Assembly (NCBI GenBank): GCA_030390025.1
Contig: CM059432.1
Span: 60,948,001-61,012,000, forward strand
Direction of reading: 5' to 3'
From: Squalus acanthias
Taxonomy: Eukaryota
DNA length: 64,000 nucleotides
Part shown: positions 51,879 through 64,000 of the stretch, piece by piece
How the letters are laid out: each line of letters starts with the position of its first letter
Position numbering within the stretch: the stretch's first letter is position 1
The notes under the pieces: generated by a model
Told to the model about the DNA's origin: nothing
What the model saw: the letters and a program-made list of their open reading frames with translations, nothing else
Databases searched by the model: none
Made by a program: the position numbers and the translations under genes

Positions 51879-52578
51879 CCTATATCCCTTTGCAGGCTCT
51901 TTGGGTCCTCCTTTTTCCCACCTAACTTGGATATATTACACTCCCTCCCTTCATCGAAGTCATTGATATAAATTGTAAATAGCTGAGGCCCAAGCCTGAT
52001 CCTTGTGGCACCCCACTAGTTACAGCCTGCCAACCTGAAAATGACCCATTTATCCCTACTCTCTGTTTTCTGTCCGTTAACCAATCCTCTATACATGCTA
52101 ATTGATTACCACCAACCCCACGAGCCCTTATCTTGTGTAACAACCTTTTATGTGGCACCTTATCGAATGCCTTTTGCAAATCCAAATACACCACATCCAC
52201 TGGTTCCTCTTTATCTACCCTGCGAGTTACATCCTCAAAAACTCTAATAAATTTATTAAACACGATTTCGCTTTCATAAAACCATGTTGATGCTGCCTAA
52301 TCATGTTATGATTTTCTAAATGTCCTGTCACCAATTTCTTAATAATGGATTCCAGCATTTTCCCGACAATTGATGTCAGGCTAACTAGCCTGTAGTTCCC
52401 TGTTTTCTCTCTCCCTCCTTTCTTGAGAGGAAAGGGCTTCTTGTCAGTCTTTCCAAAACAACACAACCTAATGGGACCTTATTAAAACAGATTAAAAATA
52501 CAACTGTCTTTCAGACTCCAGTATTGAAAATGTACCAAGTTTTAATTACCTTGCAAATTGCTACAGTTAATATATATA

Positions 52579-54424
52579 GGCCCGGATTTTGCGGTCAGTG
52601 GCGCAGGAACAGCGTTCGCCGTTCATTTTGCTTACAGCTGCCCACAGACTTTGCACGGGCTTTGGAGTGGCAACTTACAGTATTTAGAGATCCTTTTCAG
52701 GTGATCTGTGGCATGTGTGAGCAGGACAAGCAACAGCATATCTCCTCAACCAATCACTGAGACATGCAGGGGTGAATTTTAACAGCCAAAAACGAGTGGG
52801 TTGGGGTCAGGTGAGATGTTAAAAATTTTAAATTCTCAAATCCGATCTCAACCTGCCCACTTCCGGGTTTAACGGAGGTGGGACAGGGGGCGGGCAGCCA
52901 ACTAGCTCCCAGGAGGGCTCACTGTTCTTATGCAGTAAATCGGACAGCAACTTCTGGTGCTGCACATGTGCAGTTAAACATGGAAATCCGGAAGTTGCGG
53001 TTCGAGTTACCCTGCTCCTCCACAAGCTTTGCTACATCACCAATAGATTCGGCACTGAAACACATGAAGGACGTGAAGTTGTGGTACCTACCCACTGGTT
53101 AACCACTAAACACGCCAGCAAAAGTTAGAGAAGTGGGCGGATTGAGGTCGGATTTGAGAATTTAAAATTTTTAACATCTCACCCAACCCTTACCCACCCA
53201 TTTTTTGCTGTTAAAATTCACCCCTGCGTGTCTCACTGATTGGTTTAGAAGACATGCTGTTGATTACTCTGCTCACACATGCCACAGATCACCTGAAAAG
53301 GATCTCTGAATACTGTAAGTTGCCACTCCAAAGCCCGTGCAGATGAGACTGGCAGCCTCAGATTTAACATGCTTTGCGGGCTTAACCCTGGCCTGGCTGA
53401 CCAGGTTTCCTAGGCCCTGGGAAACCTGGCAGCTCAAGGGAGGTGAGGAAAGCTTTGGGGAGGAGGTAAGTGCCTTTAGAGCACTACTTGTGGGCCAAAA
53501 GGAACAGAGGTGTTTCCCCCCCCGGCCCCCCAAGCTTACCTTCTTTCCTTGGATCAGACCGCCACCCCCCTCAAACAAAGACCTCCCCAGGGTCGGAGAT
53601 TGGATCCCCCCTACGCTCCCACTTGCAGCTGCAGGCTTCCTACCTGCTCCTGCAGCCTGCTCCAGATTTCTCCCCACCTGATTGGAAGCCAAGCATGTCA
53701 ATCAGGCTGACTTCCGGGTGGAGATCCTGTCAAAGAAAAAAGTTGCACGCTGTGGAGTTAAAACTCCACAGCATGCGGAGAAACCTGACCTTCCGGGTTT
53801 CCAGTCCAAAACTCTGCCCGCCCGCCCGCCCGCCCGTCTACACAACCTGCCCGTGTCAATATCGGATCTGCTGAGTCTAAACCAGGAAATGTAAGTTACA
53901 ATATTTAGCGCAATATAAAATCATGTACAGAAAATGAAATAGAGAAGGAAAGAAAGATGGCATTAAGAGAGAGAGAAAAGAGACAGAAAGAAAATGTAAA
54001 AAAAAAATTATTTTAATTTTTATTTTAATAAAATCTCCAACAGTAATTAAATTCTGAAGGAATGAGACTCCACACTTGCAAAATTTAATTTTCAGGGCCA
54101 GAGAGGTGGCTCGGCAGTAATTATAACTTACCACGCTGTTAAAAATTCACTTACACCTGAATGCACCAGCCCGAATTTTTGCTGACGTGTTTAGTGGGTA
54201 ACTAGTGGGTAAGAACCATAACTTCATGCCCTTCATGTGTTTCAATGCTGAAACTATTGGCGATGTAGCAAAATCTGTGGAAGTGTAGGATAACTCGGAC
54301 CCCAACTTCTGGATTTCTGCGTTTAACTGCACATGTGCAGCGCCAGAAGTTGCTGTCCGATTTACTGCATAATAACAGTGAGTGCTGATAGCCTCACCAT
54401 TATTCCTATCACAAAATCCGGGCC
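52579..54424. mobile_element. Harbinger-type MITE with a nested second MITE and internal inverted duplications
   Basis: Perfect 13-bp TIR GGCCCGGATTTTG / CAAAATCCGGGCC. A second MITE terminus, GGGGTGAATTTTAAC, lies at about 52769. Confidence 0.8.
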
Positions 54425-54451
54425 AATCATTGTCGAAATTTAATGTAAGCA

Positions 54452-54955
54452 CATAAAAACAGAAAATGCTGGAAATATTCAGCAGGTCAGGCAGCATCTG
54501 TGAAGAGAGAAACAGAGTTAACGTTCCAGGTCGGTGACCTTTTGTCAGAACTGGAAAAAGTTAGAGAAATAATAGGATTTAAGCAAGTGCAGAAGCAGGG
54601 GAAGAGGGAAGGGAGGAAAGAACAAAAGGGAAGGTCTGTGATAGGGTGGAGTAGAGGAGAGATTAAATGATAAAAGGTATGATTGTACAAGGCAAAAGGA
54701 GATGGTAATGGGGCAAGTATAGAAACAAAAGATGGGTCTCGAAGAGGTGTAAATGGGAATATCAGAATCATCAGCAACAGCTGCCATCTGAAAAAATGGG
54801 GGCAGAGGTTACGATCTGAAATTGTTGAACTCAATGTTGAGTCCAGAAGGCTGAAAGTGCCTAATCAAAAGATGAGCTGCTGTTCCTCGAGCTTACGTTG
54901 AGCTTCATTGGAACAGTGTAGGAGGCCAAGGACCGAGAGGTCAGAGTGGGAGTGA
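54452..54955 (-). mobile_element. Penelope-like element 3' end (ORF C-terminus plus pseudo-LTR)
   Basis: Minus strand reads LSVLGLLHCSNEAQRKLEEQQLIF*LGT, followed by the pseudo-LTR shared with 195-1236. Confidence 0.75.
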
Positions 54956-55494
54956 AACATAAAAACAGGGTTAGTAGTAAATAATTGAGTCTGCATCCCA
55001 ATGACATGCGAATATCACTCTTAAGCTATTGTGACACCAGGGAAATCTAAAAATATTATCTCGCAGTAATGGTAGATTACTTCCAGTGTATATTTGTCAC
55101 TTTTATTAATCTTATAAAATCTGATTTATATCTATACATAAAATGTACAGAAAGTTAACATGTAGCCAGTTCTTATCACAGCAAAAGTTTACTGCTCTGT
55201 AGATGAGGTAGTTAACATTCTTTGAGTGAAGCTTCCCTCAACATTTAATGAGCATGCAACCAGAAAATCACACCTGCCCCTCTAAAGGTACTTTGCCCAG
55301 AGCCCGAGTGATTTCACTTTCCTCCACATACACAGTACACAGTTTTTATTTTTTGTTCTTTAGTCCTCAGCAGAGCAATCTAAAATAGAAAACAAATGAG
55401 AGAAACCAACTAGGCACCTCTTAGTCCTTACATGATTTAATTTGTTTTAAACAAGTAGAATTCAATTTAACAATAGTTAACAACAGCAAAAAGT

Positions 55495-56705
55495 AAAAGA
55501 AAAATAGAAAATGTTGGCAGCACACAGCAAGTCAGTCAGCATCTGTGGACAAAAGAGACAAGTCAATGTTTTGGGTTGAAAAATGATAGATGTAGAAGCA
55601 TTTTAAAAGTATCAGAAAAAGTTGAGGGGAGAAAAACAAACAGATGGCAGGGAGGAAGTATTGATGGAATGATGGTTGGATGATCTAACAGATCATCTCA
55701 TCAGTCAGGCAATGGAAAGGAGCATCAAAGAAAGGAAAGACATTAAAGAAACTACGGAAACTCAGAGTTACACTTGAGGTCACAAGAAAGGTGTGAATAT
55801 CTAGTGCGGTGAGGGGCACATCCATAGAAAAAGCAAGAAAATGAGAGACTTAAAAAGAGAGCCTGCAAAGCAGGACTAATATTAGTAATATTATCACACT
55901 TGTAGACAAAATGGAGGTGTTTGTCAAAACACAGTGAAACAATGTAAGAGTGCAAAGACGGAGAGGTCAGCGTTGGATTGGGAAGGGGAGTTAAAGTGTC
56001 AAGACAGGGAAGCACAGCGTCACAATTGTAGACAAAATGGAGGTGTTTGGCAAAGTTCACCCAATATGTATTTGGTCTCCCCATTGTAGAGGAGACTACA
56101 CCATCAGCAGTAAGTAGAGAATATTTGAGGAGTACACATAAATTGCTATCTCCCCTGGAAGGAATGTCTGTGGCCCTGAACAGTGGTGTGGGAGCAAATG
56201 AATAGACAGATGCTGCATCTCCTGCAGTTGCACTGGGAAGTGTCAGGGGAAGGGGAACTGGAAGGTGGAGTGCTGGAAGTGTGAACCAGGGTGTCTAGAG
56301 GGGATAGTCCCTCTGGAAACTGGAAAAGATGGGGGTGGAGATGTTTGGTGGCAGAAATGTTGATGATGACCTGGTGAATATGGAGGCTTGTGGGGTGGAA
56401 GGTGAGAAGGGGTCCTTGTCACAGTTGTGAGAGGAAGGAGGGGATAAGAGCAGAAGCACAGGAAATGGGACAGACTTAGACAAGGGTCCCGTCAACTACT
56501 GCAGGGGGGAATCCTTGGCTGAGGAAAGCTCTCAGAAGCTCTGACGTGGAAGGTGAAGGCATTAGAACTGATACAGTTGGCTACTGAAATGACCAGCCTG
56601 AAACATTGACCTGCCTGTTTTCTCCACAGATGCTGACTGACCTGCTGTGTGTTTCCAGCATTTTCTGTTTTTGTTTCAGATTTCCAGTTTAGTTTCTTGC
56701 TTTTT
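55495..56705 (-). mobile_element. Degenerate Penelope-like element with GIY-YIG remnant and inverted pseudo-LTR
   Basis: YNGETK...FAKHL (YIGET...RFAEHL-like) near 56040-56090. Pseudo-LTR copies lie in opposite orientations at about 55500-55580 and 56595-56705. Confidence 0.6.
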
Positions 56706-57539
56706 AACAGCAAGATATAGATGTTTTGAAAGTAAATGGCCCAAGATTTAATGCCACAAAATGTTACCTGTCAACCTGTTTCATATATATTGTTTGCTTT
56801 ACCAAGCTTTCAGACAACCTTACAGCTCTTTTATTGCATCTCACATATGCCCATACTTCAACAGGACACCCATTCTAGTTGCAACTTACAATTGAAAGCC
56901 TGCCACACTCACCATCAAAGCACTTCAAAAACTTTTCTCACAAAAATATTATGAAAATTCCAGAAATATAGAAACACATAGCCCATGGAACTACTTTTCC
57001 TGCAATTCCAAATAAGGACTGGAAAAAAAAAGAAAACCTGTGATGAAAGGTGTTCAGTTAAATATGTTTGAATGAAATCTGGAGCCATAATTTGGTTAAG
57101 GCATGAAATAGGCCCAAGTACTTTAGCACAAAAAATGCAGCAGACCACAGAATTGTAGGAAATGAGCACAAAGCCTGCTCACCCAATTCCCACAACTTCC
57201 CTGCGGCCATGGTGCAACTGTTCTCCCACAGCATACCACCGCAGAATTGGGCGCCCATTTTCAGATGGAAAACACAAGCATAGGTTTTGATATTAAAAAT
57301 CTTACATCTGCATACACTTCCTGTTTGTACCACTTGATTGTCTACTCCCATTCCTGTCACCCAATCATGCAACATTTTATTTCTCCCCTCTTACTTTACC
57401 GCTCTTAATCCCTATCCCAATCCATCATTATTTCTCTTGCTTCCTACACTATTGCTGCCATCTCAGTCTTGAATCCCTGTTCAATAAGCCCACAGCTACC
57501 CTCTGTGCCTTTCGACATTCTCTGGAAGGTCTCTGCTAA

Positions 57540-60030
57540 CAGTAACCACCCACTCTGCATTCCCTTCAGAACGTCTATTTATTTGTGAACAAGGTCCTTG
57601 CCATCCAAGACCTTATTGTGGACCATTGCATTGACATGCTGGCTTTGACGGAAACTTGGTTCATGGACAGCTCATTCTCTATCGTCCCCTCAAGCCCTAT
57701 CCCAAGTCTCTCCATGAGATATTGTCCCTCCTTTCTTTCCTCAACACTCCTCATTCTCAGTGATTTCAATCTCCATCTCAACTCACCCTACCCTCTCTCC
57801 TCTGATTTCACTACCTTCCAGTCCTCACTAAACCTCTCCCTCCACATAAACTCTCCTTCCCATATTCACGGCCACCCCCTCAGCCTTGCCATCTCATGTG
57901 GCCTCTCTATTCCCATGATCTTGACCATAGATAAGGCCATCTCTGAACAATTCATTGTAACCTTCACCACCCATATTCCCCCTTCCCCCTTGCAACCCCC
58001 ACTTCCTTCTGCATCTGCCCCTGGAAAAAACTTCCTCATTTCTCTTACAATTGCACTTTCAAGCTGCCAACTACCTAGCCTTTGGTCTTGGATTTGCCAC
58101 GATACTTCTGCAGCTGCCAGAACTCCCTCACATCCACTGTTGATCCACTAATGCCCAATAAAGCTTTACTCTCTCCCATCCTGGTCAGTATCCCTGGTAT
58201 GGCCCCCATATTTGCCCACACAAGTTCAAAGGATGCCTGCTTGAGCCTATCTTGATGCACAACTGCTTTAGACATCCATCACCCGATCTGGACCACATCA
58301 AGCTTCATTCTCCTCTGCCAAAACTGCCCACTACTCCGGAGAGCAAACATAACCACTGGATTCTTTTCTCCACTACCAACAATTTCCTTAAACTCCTCTT
58401 CCCTGTCCCATCACCAGTGTGAGGAGCTCACCGACTTCTTTGTCACTAATTCAGCCAGCTTTGCTGCTTTCCCCCTTGCCCTTGCCCACCAAACCAAACC
58501 TTTCCTCAGGTTCCCCCTGCTTTAGCCCTCAGTCTGCGTCTTTCTTTAGTTTCTCTCCAAATTTCCCTCATGCCTTCTCCAAACTCAATGTCCCTGAAAC
58601 TCACCGCCTGCTCCCTTGACCCCATTCCAATTTGACTGCTGAATACCCAACTTCTCTTCCTGGCTCCCATGCTAGCTGGCATTGTAAATGGTTCCCCTCT
58701 CTTTCAAAGCCATCTTCATCACCTCCCCCCGCCGCAAAAAAGTCCCTGAACTTGTCGCCTCTCAAGTCGGTACCTATCTTTCCCACAACTCCATGTTTGA
58801 ATCTCTCCAATCAAGTTTCCACCCCTGCTACAGCACTGAAATTACCCTAGTCAAAGTCACAAATGACATCCTCAATAACTGTGATCGTGGTGTATTTTTT
58901 CCCTCTCATCTTATTTGATCTCTCTGCAGCCTTTGACACGGTCGACCACACCATTCTCCTCCAATGTGTCTGCTCCATTGTCCGGCACAGTAGGATCACT
59001 CGTACTTGGTTCCACTCTTACCTATTGAATCGTAACCAGCGAATCTCCAGCACTGGCTTCTCTTCCCACTCCATTAGCTCGGGAGCCCCTAAGGATCTAT
59101 CCTTGGTCCCCTCCTCTTTCTCATCTACATGCTGCCCATTGGCAACATTATTCAAAGACATGTATATTGATGACACCTAGCTCTACCTCTCCACTACATG
59201 ATTTTTCAGATTGCTTGTCTGACATCCGTCCTGAATTTCCTCTATTTGGAAGACCAAAGCCATCGACATTGGCCCCTACCACAAACTCTGTACCCTTGCC
59301 TTAAATTTCATATTCCTCCCCAGCCAGTGTCTTAGGCTGAACCAAATTGTTCATAACTACAGAATCCTATTTGACCCTGAATTAAACTTCCGATCACATA
59401 TCCTCTCCATCACATGACCGCCCACTTCTGTCCGAACTCTCATCCATGTCTTTGTCACCTCTAGGCTTGACTATTTCAATGCTTTCCTATGTAGCCTCCC
59501 ATCTTCCATGCTCTATAAACTGCAGCTCATCCAAAAACCTGATGCCCATATCCTATCCCGAGCAAAGCTCCGCTAACCCATCACTCCTGTCCTCACTGAC
59601 CTACATTGGCTTCCGGGCCTCCAACGCTTCCAATTTAAAATTCTCGTCTTCGTGTTTAAATCTCTTCATGGCCTTGACTCTCACTTTATCTGCACCTCCT
59701 TCAGCCCTATAACCCTCCCAGAACTCTCTTCTGCTCCGACTCTTGTCTTTTATTCTTCCCCTCATTTTGCCCCACCACTGGCAGCCGCACCTTGAACTAT
59801 CTAGGCCCCATGCTCTGGAATTCCCTCCATAAACTCGTCTGCCTCTCCACCTTCCTCTCCTTCTTTAATACCCTCTTAGAATCCACCTCTTTGACCTAGC
59901 TTTTGGCTTTCCCTCCTAATATCTTCTTCTTTGATTGAGCTTCCATTTTTGTATCTAATTATGTCACTCTGAAGAAGCTTGGAATGTTTTTCTACATTAG
60001 AGTTGATATATAAATGTAAGTTGTAGTTGT
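57540..60030 (+). mobile_element. Old L2 LINE with endonuclease and RT remnants
   Basis: IDMLALTETW, SDFNLH, QSSFHPCYSTEITLVKVTND and DLSAAFDTVDH motifs, plus the L2 tail. Confidence 0.88.
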
Positions 60031-60444
60031 CTGTTGAAGCATAGCAGTTAACATTGTATTAGTTCCAGGTCTGATCCTTCATCTGCTCCATAAAAAGAAA
60101 ATAGTAGTGGTCCCCCAGCAGCATAGATCAGAAGAACTTTCATTCCAGTGGCTGAACTTTTTCCCCTCACTTCCTCACCTGTCGAGTTAGTTGCTTTCAA
60201 TTCAAACAACCTCCTCCCGCTCTCCCCCCCCCCCCCACCGCTAAGCAAATTATTTTGAATCTCCATCGCCCCATGAAGTAAATTTCTTTTGAGTGCCCGT
60301 TCACCCCCTGAGCAAGGGTCCCTGCATTTATGGCTTTCCCTGCTGGCCAAGTTATTTTGTGAGTGTCCACCAACCCCATAACTAAATTGTCCTGCCCCCT
60401 ACTCCCCAAGCTGAGCAAGTTATGCACCAAGTTTTTTTCTGTGA

Positions 60445-60790
60445 AGGGGAGGGGGGTTTGGAGGAGAGAGAATGGATGATGGAAAAGAAGAGAAGGGAGA
60501 TGGGAAGGAAGAGGGTGGAGGGTGAAGGCATGAGATAAGGGATGAGTGAGGGGGTAGGGTGTGGAAGAGGGATAGAGAGAGGGAAAAAAAAAGATGGGAT
60601 AGACAGAGGGGGAAGGGAAAGGGAGAGACAGTAGTGGGAGAGGGAAGAGCGGAGGGAGAGATAGAGGGAGGGGAGGGGAAGAAGAAGGTAGCAGTAGGGA
60701 AGAGGAAGGAGGTAGGTGGATGGGGGTAGAGTAAGAAGGAGTTAGTGGGGGGGGGGTGGAGGAGAGTTGAGGGAGTGAAAGGAGAAGAGG
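60445..60790 (+). repeat. Purine-rich low-complexity tract
   Basis: About 350 bp consisting mostly of G and A. Confidence 0.85.
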
Positions 60791-61749
60791 TGGCCCTGAG
60801 ACTCTGCCATTAGCAGAGCCTTGCATTCAGCAGGAAGTTTATTGGAAAATTATAGGTGCACTGCCTGGGATTCTCCGTCCATTGAAATTAAGGGATGGAA
60901 ATTGTGGACAGCGCAGCCATGATTTTCTGACAAGCCGTCTAGTACATGCAAGGTACAGGGTCTCTGGAAATTTTGCCCATTATATCTGTAAAACAAACTA
61001 TTATTTCTCAATTAAGCATACTGGGAATAATTTCCCAAGCACACACTGATAGCGCTTAATTTCTTCCACTGCAACCGCACATCAGAAAATCGTGGTGCTT
61101 TACCCGTCGCTTTTCCATCCACTGTAATCAATGAATAGAAAATTATGGGCATAAAGTGAAGTTCCCTGACTTCAGCATGTACCACTGTCTCTATCATCTG
61201 AAATATAATTCTAATGTGTTGAAATAATTCACCCTCTTGTCATGTGACATACAGCTGTAGTAAAAATTCAGGCATGATGTCTACTGTTGATAACAAGATA
61301 ACTGCCAAAAAATTACAATGGAAGAAGTCCAATATTGTAAACCATTATAAAATAAACTGTTTGAGAGTGTGTTCCAAGCTATCACAGGTTCACTGGGTTT
61401 GGAATCTACTTCAACCATTTGAGTTTCACATCACAGTTTATATTGTGATCAATCTGGTTACACAACCATATCCATTGTAAATTCTTTATAATCACCCATC
61501 CTCTTCTTGTCTAGCAATGGAAAAGCAAAAAAAACCAGGAAAAATGCCTTTTGTCCTGGGCTGGATAATGTTTTGACATGCACTCCTGTGTTTTGCTACC
61601 ATTAAAGACAGATGCAAAGACAGTTCACCACACAAGAGCACAATGAAATCATTTCTGCCAGTCTAAAAGCTAAATGTGAAGGTACATTTTATGAATTTGC
61701 TCTATATACCCTTATAATGTCTCTGACCACAACTATATATCAGAATCTT

Positions 61750-62425
61750 TAAAGGTGGGAGTACAGGTAGAAAAAGCAATAAAGGAGGCAAATGGTGTTC
61801 TGGGTTATATATACTGGCTCACTGAATGCTACAGCAAGAATATTATGTTCAATTTGTAAGGACATCAGTTAGTCCATAGTTGGGAATATTGTGTGAAGTT
61901 CTGTTCATCCCTTTAATGGAAGGATATTAGAGCCATAGAAAGCAATGAAGGTTCACTAAAATTATACCAGGAATTAGATGCGATAGTTATGAAGAAAGGC
62001 TTGAAAATTGTTTTGCTTTTTCATTGAACAGAGAAAGTTAATCAGGGGCCTAACAGAGGTTTCCACAATTATGAAAGCTTTTGAGAGGGTAAATAGTGAA
62101 AGGTTGTTTCCACTGGTTAGTTAATCAGTAATAAGGAAGCATGTACTGAGGATTATCACTAGAAGAACAAAGGAAGAGTTGAAAGAAATATTTTCACACA
62201 GAAGATTATTAGAATATGGATTGTTGTACCACAAGTAACTATTAAGGCAGAGACTTGTCTTTAAAATAAAACTGGATAAGTCTTTGAAAAGGAAGAATAT
62301 ATAAGAAGATATGGAAAAGGGCAGGGAAATGGAAATAAAGTAGATAGCTCCAAGTTGAAGAGCTAGCACTCCGCCACAGTGAGTGAAATGGTCTCCTTTC
62401 GTGCTGCAATTCCTATGGTTCTACT
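61750..62425 (+). mobile_element. Very old CR1 3' fragment
   Basis: Degenerate GAATATTGTGTGAAGTTCTG (EYCVxFW-like) and a CR1-like tail. Confidence 0.7.
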
Positions 62426-62558
62426 AAAAGTGTGGAAAAATTACTTAGGTATTACAAATGATCTGTCGCTTAGAAAAAAATGACATGCTTACATACACTA
62501 TTGTGCAGAAGTACATAGTTTCAGGAGTATACACATTGAAAACCCAGTTGTAACTTAC

Positions 62559-62738
62559 ATTAAAAGCTTTAAGGCGCTCAGATTCTGCTCCATCTGAGTC
62601 AATTATCTTCTCAACATCATCATGGTCATCCTGGTCATCATCATCTTCAATAGCTCTACTCACAGTCAGATCTTCGGGGCAACCTCCTACACTTTCATTT
62701 CTGAGAGACTCATAGCTAGAATAGCTGTGAGCAGGTGA
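62559..62738 (-). CDS. NOL4: NOL4 internal coding exon (180 bp, phase 0-0)
   Basis: Flanked by pyrimidine tract/CAG and GTAAGT on the minus strand. Encodes [60 protein letters not shown], matching the NOL4 SPAHSYSSY...ERLKAFN segment. Confidence 0.93.
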
Positions 62739-62999
62739 CTGAATCGGGAAAAAACAGACATGAAACACAATTAGCCTACTGTATTAAATATGCTTGATAA
62801 AAACAGAACTTCAAATAATTTAGTCTACATAGACAAAAATGATTGCCCTGTTCATTTTCATTTAACAGAATCAGGATGTAACTCATCTTTGAACCAACTA
62901 AATAAATCAACTTAACTTCAAAAATGTCAAAATAGGGATAAAAAATAACCTTTATTATAATATATACTTCATAAAAAAAGTTTTATGTTGGGGAATGTA

Positions 63000-63313
63000 A
63001 ATTCAGTTAATTAAATAAATCTGGAATTTAAAAAAAACCCTAGTACCAGTAACGGTGACCATGTAACAACCGTGTTGTTGTAAAAACCCATTTGGTTCAC
63101 TAATGTCCTTTATAGAAAGGAAATCTGCCGTCTTTACCCGGTCTGGCCTATATGTGACTCCAGACTCACAGCACTGTGGCTGACTCTTAACTGCCCTCTG
63201 AAATGGCCTAGCAAGCCACTCAGTTGTCAAGTAGGCGGCTCACCACCACCTTCTCAAGGCAATAAATACTGGCTTTCCCAGCGATGCCCACATCCCGTGA
63301 ATGAATAAAAAAA
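63000..63313 (+). mobile_element. SINE, 5'-truncated
   Basis: GGTTCACTAATGTCCTTT...GGAAATCTGCCG...GTGACTCCAGAC body and GAATGAATAAAAAAA tail, recognised from memory as a common shark SINE. Confidence 0.55.
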
Positions 63314-63564
63314 GTTTCACTTTATATTCACATTAGAGCAGGGGTGTTCTAACTATAGCGCCAAGACCTGGAAATCAGGCCAATAAAGCCCAGGCAGCTG
63401 AGTCTTATATGTCCTTATATTTCTTTTTCATTAATTTGTTCTGTTTGAATTTTGTGGGCCTAGAATTTTATACATGACTTCTCAGTTGCCTGATTAATGA
63501 AAATATCCTGAATCAGAACACCAACATTTGTTAGCATTGGCAACTTCAGATGTTTGCAACTTAA

Positions 63565-64000
63565 ATGCCATCAGCCTACTCTCAATCATTAGCAAAGTGA
63601 TGGAAGGAGTCATCAACAGTGTTATCAAGCGGCACTTACCAATAACCTGCTCACTGATGCTCAGTTTGGGTTCTGGCAGGACCACTCGGCTCCATACCTC
63701 ATTACAGCCTTGATCCAAATATGGACAAAAGAGCTCTATTCTAGAGGTTAGGTGAGAGTGACTGCCCTTGACATCAGTGTTGCACCAAGGAGCCCTAGTA
63801 AAACTGAAGTCAATGGGGATCAGGGGAAAAACTCTCCAGTGGCTGGAATCATACCTAGCACAAAGGAAAATTGTTGTGGTTGTTGGTGGCCAATCATTTC
63901 AGCCTTAGAACATAACTGCAGGAGTTCCTCAGGGCAGCGTCCAAGGCCCAACTATCTTCAGCTGCTTCATCAATGACCTTCCCTCCATCATAAAATCTGA
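63565..64000 (+). mobile_element. LINE RT fragment (CR1 group)
   Basis: ISLLSIISKVMEGVIN, DAQFGF and VRVTALDI motifs. Confidence 0.8.

Noticed and set aside
60197..60826. 209-aa Pro/Leu/Ser-rich ORF
   Set aside because: Arises from the purine/pyrimidine low-complexity tract.

Overview
Eukaryotic, intron-dominated window from a vertebrate. The repeat families suggest a cartilaginous fish (shark). It lies inside a NOL4 (nucleolar protein 4) gene on the minus strand. Three phase-0 coding exons are visible (62559-62738, 33819-34010, 19930-20052); the other exons fall outside the window. The introns are a dense, nested mosaic of transposable elements: many CR1 LINEs (one nearly full length), L2 and RTE LINEs, SINEs, Penelope-like elements whose pseudo-LTRs carry degenerate minimal hammerhead motifs, a near-complete PIF/Harbinger transposon with many relics and MITEs, hAT and Tc1/pogo MITEs, and a 5-kb two-LTR element. 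The two-LTR element has a tRNA-Leu PBS, no recognisable pol, and decayed env-like frames. Most ORFs in the supplied track are TE fragments or shadows. The best leads are the LTR element's fusion-protein-like remnants, the hammerhead motifs, self-masking splice-donor hairpins in Harbinger MITEs, and a double inverted templated insertion at 52.9-53.3 kb. All family assignments come from motif recognition by eye and have not been confirmed by searches.
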